Shown here piece by piece: positions 9,242-17,129 of a stretch of 64,000 nucleotides of DNA. A program made the translations under genes and the position numbers. Under the pieces are notes generated by a model. That model was not told the DNA's origin. It was given only the letters and a program-made list of their open reading frames with translations, and did no database searches. The DNA is from Pseudomonadota bacterium (GTDB lineage Bacteria; Pseudomonadota; Alphaproteobacteria; Rickettsiales; UBA3002), in assembly GCA_040384265.1 (NCBI GenBank), contig JAZKJM010000003.1, positions 207,919 to 271,918 on the forward strand, in the 5' to 3' direction. Each line of letters starts with the position of its first letter. Position 1 is the stretch's first letter.

Positions 9242-10438
9242 ATGAAAAACATCCTCGCTGCGTTGACCCTTTCCCTGTTGCTTACCGCGTGCGGTGATGC
9301 GACGAAAATCACCCCCGTGACCTATGGCGATCTGGCTGGGTGGAACGAGGACCGGGTGGCCGCGGCTTACACGGTGTTTATCGATTCCTGCCGGGTGAAT
9401 GAAAACCGCAAGAACGCGTATAGTTCGAAATCCGAAGGGTCGGTGGGCGTGACGGCATACTGGCAGCGTGCCTGTGCGTTGGCGCAGGAGAACCCGCAGC
9501 CCAGCGATGCGCAGGCGCGCCGCTTCTTCGAGACCTATTTCGCGCCTTATAAGGTGGAAACGGAATCGAAGCCGACGGGGACGATGACGGGTTATTATGA
9601 GCCGATTTTGCGTGGGTCGCGCACACGGCAAGCGCCGTTTTTGACGCCGGTGCATGGTGTGCCGAAGGATCTGGGCCAGCGCAAACCGTATTTTAGCCGC
9701 GCGGAAATCGTCAATGGTGCGCTCAAGGGCCGCGCGCCGGTGCTGCTCTATGTCGAGGATCCGATCATGCTGTTCTTCCTGCATGTGCAGGGTTCGGGCA
9801 AGGTGCGGCTGCCGGATGGGTCGCTGGTCGGGCTGCAATATGCCGGGCAGAACGGCTATGCCTATACACCCATCGGCCGGGTGCTAAAGGAGCGCGGCGA
9901 AGAAGTGGCGGGCTCGATGCAGGGCATCCGCGACTGGCTGCGCGCCCACCCGCGCGAGATGGATGAGGTGATGGACACCAACCAGTCCTATGTGTTTTTC
10001 AAACTGTCGCCGGGCGATGAAATGGCCAAGGGCGCGCTCGGTATTCCGCTGACGCCGTTGCGCTCGATCGCGGTGGATGATGACCGCGCGGCGTACGGCG
10101 TGCCTACCTATATTGACACTACCCAGTCGGAATATTTGACCGGCAAGCAGATTCCGCTGCAGCGCTTGTTTGTGTCGCAGGATACGGGCGGGGCGCTGAA
10201 GGGGCCGCACCGGGCGGATCTGTTTTATGGCCGCGGCGATGTCGAAGAATGGCAGGCCGGGCACCAGTTCGCGCAGGGCAATGTCTATTGGCTGCTGCCG
10301 CTGGAGCAAGGGGTGAAGCTGACCCTGCCGACGGATGGGATATTGCAGGACAACGTTCCGCCGCTGGAATCGCCGACATTGGCGCAGATGCCTGCTGATG
10401 GCCCGGCACCGATGGCCGACGCCACTCAAGGGCAATGA
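9242..10438 (+). CDS. mltA: murein transglycosylase A
   Basis: Lipoprotein-like signal (LTLSLLLTAC). MltA/3D-domain motifs: GYYEPILRGS, HVQGSGKVRLPDGS, SYVFFK, LTPLRSIAVD, QDTGGALKG. Confidence 0.85.
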   Translation: MKNILAALTLSLLLTACGDATKITPVTYGDLAGWNEDRVAAAYTVFIDSCRVNENRKNAYSSKSEGSVGVTAYWQRACALAQENPQPSDAQARRFFETYFAPYKVETESKPTGTMTGYYEPILRGSRTRQAPFLTPVHGVPKDLGQRKPYFSRAEIVNGALKGRAPVLLYVEDPIMLFFLHVQGSGKVRLPDGSLVGLQYAGQNGYAYTPIGRVLKERGEEVAGSMQGIRDWLRAHPREMDEVMDTNQSYVFFKLSPGDEMAKGALGIPLTPLRSIAVDDDRAAYGVPTYIDTTQSEYLTGKQIPLQRLFVSQDTGGALKGPHRADLFYGRGDVEEWQAGHQFAQGNVYWLLPLEQGVKLTLPTDGILQDNVPPLESPTLAQMPADGPAPMADATQGQ

Positions 10439-10947
10439 AGCCGCGCCACCCGACGCCGGAAGAACGCGCGCTCTGGCGCGAGAGCAACCGGTTTACGGAT
10501 GGTGTCAGACACGCGCCTGAAGATGAGGATGCGCCGCTAGCGGCAGCCGATGCCCCGGCGGCGATGGCACAGCCAGCAGTGGCGCTGCCGGTGGTGCGCA
10601 AGCGGGCGGCTGCATTGCCGCCGCTCAAACCACTCCCCTTACGTGAAGCGGCGAAGGCGCTGAAGCCCTATGGCCCGGTGCAGGCGACGCTGGATTTGCA
10701 TGGGCTAACCAAGCTTGCCGCCCATGAGCGGGTGCACGGGTTTATTGCGCAGCAGCAGCGCAGCGGGCGGCGGCACCTGATCATCATCACCGGCAAAGGC
10801 CGTGGTGGCGAGGCGGGGGTGCTGCGCAGCAACCTGCCGCACTGGCTGAACGAGGCCCCGTTGCGGCCGCTGATTTCGCTGCTGGCCTATGCGCGGCCAG
10901 AAAAAGGCGGCGCGGGCGTGCTGCATGTGGTAGTGAAACGGCTATGA
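10435..10947 (+). CDS. Smr domain protein
   Basis: C-terminal Smr domain (LDLHGLTKLAAHERVHGFI..IIITGKGRGG..GVLR). ATGA overlap with the mltA stop. Confidence 0.8.
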   Translation: MKPRHPTPEERALWRESNRFTDGVRHAPEDEDAPLAAADAPAAMAQPAVALPVVRKRAAALPPLKPLPLREAAKALKPYGPVQATLDLHGLTKLAAHERVHGFIAQQQRSGRRHLIIITGKGRGGEAGVLRSNLPHWLNEAPLRPLISLLAYARPEKGGAGVLHVVVKRL

Positions 10948-11657
10948 GCGTGACCCAAACAGTGAGTGCCGCCCAGTCGCATGTGCTGGTGGTGGATGAC
11001 GATGAGCGCCTGCGCGCGCTGCTGAAACAATATCTCGGCGAGCACGGGTTTTTTGTCTCGACCGCGGCCAATACGGTGGAGGCGGAAGAAATCCTCGCGG
11101 TGTTTGCCATCGACGGCATGGTGCTGGATGTGATGATGCCCGGTGAAACCGGGGTGGCCTATGCAACGCGGCTGAAGGCCCGCGCCGGTGCGCCGCCGGT
11201 GCTGTTGCTGACCGCGCGCGGCGAGGCGGATGACCGCATCGCGGGGCTGGAAGCGGGGGCGTCGGATTATCTGGGCAAGCCGTTTGCACCGCGGGAGCTG
11301 TTGCTGCGGCTGGAGAACATGGTCGCCCGTGCGGCGCAGGCGCGCGAGGCCAAGCGCGCGGTGACATTTGGGCATTACCGTTTCGATATTGCGCCCGCGC
11401 GGTTGAGCTGCAACGGCACGCTGATGTACCTGACCTCGAGCGAGAGCGATTGCCTGCGCATTCTGGCGGAATCGGCCGGGGTGGCGGTCAGCCGCGAGGC
11501 GATGGCGCAGGCGCTGGGCGATGTCAGCAATGAGCGTTCGGTCGATGTGCAAATCAACCGCCTGCGCAAGAAAATCGAGCCGCAGCCGGGCAAGCCGGTC
11601 TATCTGCAAACCATTCGCCATGCGGGGTATGTGCTGTATGCTGATCCCGCCGAGTGA
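10944..11657 (+). CDS. OmpR-family response regulator
   Basis: Receiver domain (VLVVDDDERLRALL, DVMMPGETG, GASDYLGKPFAPRELL) plus a winged-helix output domain (VDVQINRLRKKIE..IRHAGYVL); close to E. coli OmpR. Confidence 0.9.
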   Translation: MSVTQTVSAAQSHVLVVDDDERLRALLKQYLGEHGFFVSTAANTVEAEEILAVFAIDGMVLDVMMPGETGVAYATRLKARAGAPPVLLLTARGEADDRIAGLEAGASDYLGKPFAPRELLLRLENMVARAAQAREAKRAVTFGHYRFDIAPARLSCNGTLMYLTSSESDCLRILAESAGVAVSREAMAQALGDVSNERSVDVQINRLRKKIEPQPGKPVYLQTIRHAGYVLYADPAE

Positions 11658-13038
11658 GCGCCCGCGTCGCGGGCTGCGTTCGCGCCTGAAGGCGCTGTTG
11701 CCAAGCAACCTGTTTGGCCGCGCGTTTCTTATTCTGGCGCTGCCGATGCTGTTCTCGCAGCTGTTTATCACCCATATTTTTTACGACCGGCATTTGAGCA
11801 GCCTTGAGCGCAACATGGCCAGCGGCATGATCGGCGATCTGGCGTTGCTGGTGAACACATATAAGACGACCGCGGCGGCCAAAGGGCGCGATGCGGCGCT
11901 GAAGGAAACGGTGGCGCTGGGCAGCCAATTGGCGGTGAAGGTCAGCTTTGTGGATGACCCCAAACTGAAGGTGGAAAACGGGCGCGGCAGCAAGGCGTTT
12001 CCGGATCTCTATAAGGGGCTGGAGCCGCGGCTGATGGAGCCGGTATCGATCAAGCTGCTGGATGAAGAAAGCGCGGTGCGGGTGCGGGTGGGGATGGATC
12101 GCGGGGCGCTCGACCTCAAGGTGAACCCGAAATTTCTCGGCAGCCCGACGACGACGATTTTTATCCTCTGGATGGTGGGTTCCTCGCTGCTGCTGACGAT
12201 GGTGGCGACGCTGTTTTTGCGCAACCAGGTGCGGCCGATTGTGCAGTTGGCGCAGGTCGCCGAGCAGCTGGGGCTGGGGCAGGATGTGGCCGATTTTAAA
12301 CCCCGCGGGGCGAGTGAAGTGCGCCGCGCGGGCCGGGCGTTTTTGGTGATGGCCGAGCGCATCCACCGCCATGTGCAAAGCCGCACGGAGATGCTGGCGG
12401 GCATCAGCCATGATTTGCGCACGCCGCTGACGCGGATGAAGCTGGAAATGGAAATGGCGACGATGGACGCGGTGACGCGCGAGGCGATGGCGGGTGATAT
12501 CGAGGAAATGACGCGGATGATCGACGGTTACCTGCAATTCGCGCGTGGGGATGCCGGCGAGCTGCCCGAGCCCATCGAGATGACGCTGCTGCTGGGCGAT
12601 GTGGTCGCGGGCTATCAGCGGGCGCGGCAGGCGGTGACATTGGTGCCCGCAGCACCGGTGGTGGTGATGCTGCGGCCGCAGGCGATGCGGCGGGTGCTGA
12701 CCAATGTGATTGATAATGCGCTGCGCTATGGCGGCGGGCGGGCGGAAGTGTCGCTGGAGCAAAGCGCGACCTTCCTGCGCGTGAAGGTGAGCGACCATGG
12801 CGCGGGCATTCCCGAGGCGGAGCAGGAGATGGTGTTCAAGCCGTTCACGCGGCTGGAGCCGTCGCGCAACAGCAGCACGGGCGGGGTGGGGCTTGGCCTG
12901 TCGATCGCGCGCGCCATTGCGCAGGGCCATGGCGGTGATGTGACGTTGGAGAACCGGCGCGATGCGCGCGGCGCTGTGGTCGGCCTCGAAGTCACCCTGC
13001 GCCTGCCGCGGGCGGTGCAGCCGGTGACCGCCGGATAA
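11638..13038 (+). CDS. EnvZ-like sensor histidine kinase
   Basis: Start trimmed to ATG 11638, which overlaps the regulator stop. H-box ISHDLRTPLTRMKLEME; N/G boxes NALRYGG, DHGAGIP, GGVGLGLSIA; two TM segments and a HAMP-like region. Confidence 0.85.
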   Translation: MLIPPSERPRRGLRSRLKALLPSNLFGRAFLILALPMLFSQLFITHIFYDRHLSSLERNMASGMIGDLALLVNTYKTTAAAKGRDAALKETVALGSQLAVKVSFVDDPKLKVENGRGSKAFPDLYKGLEPRLMEPVSIKLLDEESAVRVRVGMDRGALDLKVNPKFLGSPTTTIFILWMVGSSLLLTMVATLFLRNQVRPIVQLAQVAEQLGLGQDVADFKPRGASEVRRAGRAFLVMAERIHRHVQSRTEMLAGISHDLRTPLTRMKLEMEMATMDAVTREAMAGDIEEMTRMIDGYLQFARGDAGELPEPIEMTLLLGDVVAGYQRARQAVTLVPAAPVVVMLRPQAMRRVLTNVIDNALRYGGGRAEVSLEQSATFLRVKVSDHGAGIPEAEQEMVFKPFTRLEPSRNSSTGGVGLGLSIARAIAQGHGGDVTLENRRDARGAVVGLEVTLRLPRAVQPVTAG

Positions 13039-13044
13039 ACAAAA

Positions 13045-13078
13045 ACGCCGGGAAAGTGAATTCCCGGCGTTTCGTTTC
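13045..13078. terminator. bidirectional Rho-independent terminator between kinase gene and phasin gene
   Basis: Perfect 10-bp stem ACGCCGGGAA/TTCCCGGCGT (13045-13054 / 13061-13070) with a 6-nt loop. A-run upstream and TTCGTTT downstream; sits between convergent stops at 13038 and 13101. Confidence 0.75.
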
Positions 13079-13100
13079 TAGCTGTCGTGCGACAGGTGCC

Positions 13101-13574
13101 TTACGCAGCTTTGCGCTTGGTCGCGGTCGACGTTGCGGTCGAGGAGATTTCCTCGATCGATTCGCTGGCGCGGCGGCTGTAGATGTTGAACACTTCGAAG
13201 CCCATTTTGCTGACGACCTCACCCGCTTCACGCAGGTTGTTGAGGTTGGATTCGAACATGGTTTTGGCAAGATCCACCTGTTTGGTGGTGTTGATTTCCG
13301 GCGAACCGTTCACCAGCATGTCCTTGGTGCTTTTCAGGCTTTTCTCGACCTGGGCGCGGGCCAGTTCGGCCTGGCGGCGGGCGAGGGCCTGGCAGCCTTC
13401 AGCGATCATCTGGCTGGCGGCGGAGCATGCTTCGGCGTTGCGGCGGCTGACATTCATCAGCGCGGTCACATCGAACGACGGCATGGCTGGCATCGATGGC
13501 ATCGCGCCCATGGTTGGCATTTTGAATTCGCTAAAGGTCTTCATCATGTCTGCAAAGGGATTTTGGTTTGCCAT
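13101..13574 (-). CDS. phaP: phasin family protein
   Basis: Start trimmed to ATG 13574 (MANQNPFADMMKTF..), preceded by GGAG. Small alanine-rich helical protein with the alphaproteobacterial phasin pattern. A PHA depolymerase is also present in the window. Confidence 0.75.
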   Translation of the reverse strand: MANQNPFADMMKTFSEFKMPTMGAMPSMPAMPSFDVTALMNVSRRNAEACSAASQMIAEGCQALARRQAELARAQVEKSLKSTKDMLVNGSPEINTTKQVDLAKTMFESNLNNLREAGEVVSKMGFEVFNIYSRRASESIEEISSTATSTATKRKAA

Positions 13575-13691
13575 AAGGGGCTCCTCAAATTTTAGTGAAA
13601 CGCCGCTTCCTGCAAGCAGCGTGTTGCGATGCAATATAGGGAGTGCTTGGGGATCTGTCAACCCCTTTTGTGCAGTGCAGCAAATATGGGT

Positions 13692-13860
13692 GGCGGCGTT
13701 GCCGCGTGGGGGCGTCCCGCCCCCAGCTACCGCTCCCCCTCGTTCGCGCTTACGCGCTCCGGCTTCGCGCAGTCGCGCTGCGCACGGACTGATGGGGACT
13801 ATTCATTTTCTCTCCTGTTCCCGTGTGTCCGCCACTCTCCCAATTGTCATGCCAGGGAGC
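13692..13860 (+). repeat. family E intergenic repeat (subtype 2, full length)
   Basis: GCGGCgttGCCGC hairpin, GGGGCGtccCGCCCC hairpin, CGCTCCCCCTCGTTCGCGCTTACGCGCTCCGGCTTCGCGCAGTCGCGCTGCGCACGG, GGGGACTATTCATTTTCTC, then a ..TTGTCATGCC tail. Abuts the proC stop. Confidence 0.85.
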
Positions 13861-13866
13861 GTAATC

Positions 13867-14652
13867 TTACCCCAGCTCCTTCGAGCGATTTACGGCGGCG
13901 GTGATGGCGTTGTTGAACAGTTCGCGCAGGGTGTCTTCGTTGAGGATTGTGAGGGCGGCTTCGGTGGTGCCGCCGGGGCTGGTGACGTTGCGGCGCAAGG
14001 TGGTGACGTCGTCTTCGCAATGGTCGGCGAGCAGGGCGGCGCCGACCATGGTTTGGGTAACCAGCTCGCGGGCGAGATGGGGGCTGAGGCCGTGCGTGAC
14101 GGCGGCGGCTTGCAGCGCTTCCATGACGGCGAACAGATAGGCCGGGCCGGAGCCGGAAATGGCGGTGGTGGCGTGCATCTGTTGTTCGTCTTCGACCCAG
14201 ACGCAATCGCCCACCGCAAAGAACAGTTCGCTGATGCGGTCGCGGGTTTTTTCATCAAGCGCGGGCGCGCAGGCGACGCTCATCCCCTCGCCGATGAGGG
14301 CGGGCAGGTTGGGCATGATGCGGGCAACGCGCGGGGTGATCTGCGCCAGCGCCTCAAGCGATATGCCGGCCATGATGGAAAGCAGCAATGGGCTACCCTC
14401 GGCGAAGCTGGTTTTTAGCTCCGGCACGATGGCGGCAAATTGCTGGGGCTTGATGGCAAGCAGGTAGACCTCGCCGCGCGGTGCATCGGCAAGCAGCGCA
14501 TGGGGGGCGATGCCATAGGCGGCAAGCTCGGCGCGGCGGGCTTTGTCATGCTCGACCACATGGATAGGGGCGATGGCGGCATCGTGCCAGCGGGCGGCAA
14601 TCGCGCCGCCCATTTTGCCGCCGCCGATGATGATGATGGGTTTTTTTTTCAT
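13867..14652 (-). CDS. proC: pyrroline-5-carboxylate reductase
   Basis: Start trimmed to ATG 14652 (MKKKPIIIIGGGKMGGAI, Rossmann fold). C-terminal P5CR signature VTSPGGTTEAAL. Confidence 0.85.
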   Translation of the reverse strand: MKKKPIIIIGGGKMGGAIAARWHDAAIAPIHVVEHDKARRAELAAYGIAPHALLADAPRGEVYLLAIKPQQFAAIVPELKTSFAEGSPLLLSIMAGISLEALAQITPRVARIMPNLPALIGEGMSVACAPALDEKTRDRISELFFAVGDCVWVEDEQQMHATTAISGSGPAYLFAVMEALQAAAVTHGLSPHLARELVTQTMVGAALLADHCEDDVTTLRRNVTSPGGTTEAALTILNEDTLRELFNNAITAAVNRSKELG

Positions 14653-14657
14653 CGGAA

Positions 14658-15593
14658 CTAGTCGAACAAACTCGACACCGAGCTTTCTTCGGAAATGCGG
14701 CGGATGCCTTCGGCGAGCAGCGGGGCGATGCTGAGGGTGCGGATGTTTTTGCAGCCCTTGGTCAGCGCGGTCGCGGCGATGGAATCGGTGACGACCAGTG
14801 AGGTGAGTTTGGAGGCGGTGACACGCTCGATGGCGGGGCCCGAAAGCACGCCGTGGGTGACATAGGCCGAGACGGATTTGGCGCCTTGCGCCAGCAGCGC
14901 ATCGGCGGCGTTGCACAGCGTGCCGGCGGTATCGACGATATCATCGAACAGGATGCAATCACGGCCCGATACATCACCGATGATGTTCATGACTTCCGAC
15001 TGGCCGGCGCGTTCGCGGCGCTTATCGACAATGGCGAGATCGGCGCCGATTTTACCGGCAAGCGACCGGGCGCGCACGACGCCGCCCACATCCGGCGAGA
15101 CCACCATGACGTTTTTGAGGTCGGGATATTGTTCCTTGATGTCGGCGACGATGACCGGGCGCGCATAGAGATGGTCGAGCGGAATATCGAAGAAGCCCTG
15201 GATCTGCCCGGCATGCAGGTCGACGGTCAGCACGCGGTCGGCGCCGGCCGAGGTGATGAGGTTGGCGACCAGCTTGGCGGTGATGGGTGTGCGCGGGCCG
15301 GGTTTACGATCCTGCCGGGCGTAGCCGAAATAGGGGATAACGACGGTGACGCGGCGGGCGCTGGCGCGCTTGAGCGCATCGAGCGTGATGAGCAGCTCCA
15401 TGATGTGATCGTTCGCCGGGGCGCTGGTGGATTGGATGAGGAACACATCCTCGCCGCGCACATTTTCCTGCACCTCGACGAAGATTTCCTGATCGGAAAA
15501 ACGGCGGATGGTGGCTTGCGTCAGCGCCATGCCCAGATAGACGGCCATGGCGTGGGCGAGCGGCTGGTTACTGTTTCCGGCGATGAGTTTCAT
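14658..15593 (-). CDS. prs: ribose-phosphate pyrophosphokinase
   Basis: 311 aa, collinear with Prs ([41 protein letters not shown]). Confidence 0.95.
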   Translation of the reverse strand: MKLIAGNSNQPLAHAMAVYLGMALTQATIRRFSDQEIFVEVQENVRGEDVFLIQSTSAPANDHIMELLITLDALKRASARRVTVVIPYFGYARQDRKPGPRTPITAKLVANLITSAGADRVLTVDLHAGQIQGFFDIPLDHLYARPVIVADIKEQYPDLKNVMVVSPDVGGVVRARSLAGKIGADLAIVDKRRERAGQSEVMNIIGDVSGRDCILFDDIVDTAGTLCNAADALLAQGAKSVSAYVTHGVLSGPAIERVTASKLTSLVVTDSIAATALTKGCKNIRTLSIAPLLAEGIRRISEESSVSSLFD

Positions 15594-15708
15594 GCGCCGT
15601 GTTTAACCAGTCGCGGCGGCGGAGTCGAGGGATTTTTGGGGCGAGGGTGGTGGTTTTACACAAAGACTCTGGTTGCCCTGACTTGGGGTGATCCGCTATG
15701 CGTGGGGC

Positions 15709-16458
15709 ATGGAACAGAAACCGACGACGCTTATTACGGGTGCGGGCAAGCGGATTGGGGCGCTGATCGCGCGGCATCTGGCGGCGCGCGGGCATGATCT
15801 GGTGCTGCATTACCATCGCTCCGGCGAGGCGGCGCAGGCCTTGGCGGTTGAACTGCGGGCGATGCGTGAGGCGCCGCAGGTGACGCTGGTGCAGGCCAAT
15901 CTGGAGGACACCGCGGCGCTGGGCGCGCTGTGGGCGGGGTTGCCGCCCTGCACGGCGATTATCCATAACGCGTCGCATTATGTGCGCGACCGGCTGGCGG
16001 ATATGACTCCGGCTTCGCTGCGCGCCCATCTGGCGGTGAATTTTGAAGCGCCGCTGCTGCTGACGCAGGGGTTTATGGCGCAGCTGCCGACTGGTGCGGC
16101 GGGCCATGTGGTGGTGCTGGGCGATGGCTATCATGGCTGGACCATCTCGCCGGAATTCTTCAGCTATGCGGTGAGCAAGCATGCCTGGGCAAGCGTGATC
16201 GACCTGCTGGCTGCTGCCGTGGCGCCGCGCGCGCGGGCCAATGTGATTGCGCTGGCGCCGACCTTGCAGAATGGCGACGAGGCGGCGTTGTTCGCGCGGC
16301 TGGCCGAGCGTGCGCCGCTGCAGCGGGTAAGTGCGCCGGATGAGGTGCTGGCAACGCTCGATTACCTGCTCGCCAGCCCCGGGGTGACGGGGCAGGTGCT
16401 GTCCCTCGCCGGGGGGGTGAACCTCGCCACGGTGCGGCCCCCTGTCTCTGGCGTATAA
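15709..16458 (+). CDS. SDR family oxidoreductase (pteridine-reductase-like)
   Basis: Start at ATG 15709 (MEQKPTTLITGAGKRIG). TGxxxRIG cofactor motif and YAVSK (YxxxK) active site. Confidence 0.75.
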   Translation: MEQKPTTLITGAGKRIGALIARHLAARGHDLVLHYHRSGEAAQALAVELRAMREAPQVTLVQANLEDTAALGALWAGLPPCTAIIHNASHYVRDRLADMTPASLRAHLAVNFEAPLLLTQGFMAQLPTGAAGHVVVLGDGYHGWTISPEFFSYAVSKHAWASVIDLLAAAVAPRARANVIALAPTLQNGDEAALFARLAERAPLQRVSAPDEVLATLDYLLASPGVTGQVLSLAGGVNLATVRPPVSGV

Positions 16459-16482
16459 TCAGATAATCAGAATTGAAGCTCC

Positions 16483-16573
16483 GTCATTGCGAGCGAAGCG
16501 CGGCAATCCAGTCTTACTTCCTTTTTCGCAGCAAGCCTTAAAGCTGGATTGCCGCGCTTCGCTCGCAATGACG
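16483..16573. repeat. family A palindromic element
   Basis: 29-nt terminal inverted repeats GTCATTGCGAGCGAAGCGCGGCAATCCAG / CTGGATTGCCGCGCTTCGCTCGCAATGAC around a centre of about 30 nt. Lies 25 nt after the SDR stop. Translates to the FARND-type artefact peptide (ORF 16549..16743). Confidence 0.9.
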
Positions 16574-16970
16574 TGTTTAGGGGGGATGGTGCCATTACCC
16601 AAAGTAGCCTAAAGTGGAGACTAAAACAGGGGCTTGGCGGGAGCCGTTCATGCGAATGGGGCAAAAAGTTATCTACACTCGCCTCGCGCGTGCAGCATTT
16701 TTGCCTCCGCACGCGCAAGGGGCGGCATGTCACGGGTAAGTGACAAAAGGGTAACATTCAAAATTCATGTAAATCAAACGTTTGATGGCGATGCATAAAA
16801 ATGAGGCAGATCACAGCCATCGGCGCATTTACGCCATTTTTATGCACTGGCCGTGAACTTATGCGAAGGCTTATCCACAGGTTTGGTGGATAGGTTAGGC
16901 AGAGCTATCGTATCTGCCGTATTTCCACCTATTTTTATAATCGGCATGGCTCATTTTCTATACCCCCGTT

Positions 16971-17043
16971 TGTCACCCCGGGCCTGTCCCGGGGTCCCGC
17001 CGCGTGGCTTGGCTGGATGCGAAGGACAAGCCCGGCATGACAA
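16971..17043. repeat. family B two-hairpin element
   Basis: TGTCACCCCGGGCCTGTCCCGGGGTCCCGCC ... GGATGCgaaGGACAAGCCCGGCATGACA; near-identical copy at 38124..38195. Confidence 0.85.
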
Positions 17044-17064
17044 TGCTGGGGGTGTAGTTTATAG

Positions 17065-17100
17065 GTGGATTGCCACGTCGCTGCGCTCCTCGCAATGACG
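17065..17100. repeat. family A repeat, solo arm
   Basis: GGATTGCCACGTCGCTGCGCTCCTCGCAATGACG is the right-arm orientation of the long family A arm. Lies 30 nt upstream of the uvrC ATG. Confidence 0.7.
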
Positions 17101-17129
17101 AGACTCTTTGTTTATCACACGGACAACCC

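Noticed and set aside
16549-16743. Short ORFs beginning MPRFARND.. / MPRYARND.. (16549..16743, 31448..31744, 36729..37091) and others such as 6068..6271, 52042..52308 and 55313..55633.
   Set aside because: They are translations of the palindromic repeat families. The same peptides recur wherever the repeat occurs, on either strand, so they are artefacts and not a gene family.
16871-16928. The DnaA boxes as a chromosomal replication origin (oriC).
   Set aside because: There is only one perfect box and two imperfect ones, no clustered array, no obvious DUE repeats, and no flanking genes typical of alphaproteobacterial origins. The region is kept as a possible regulatory site only.
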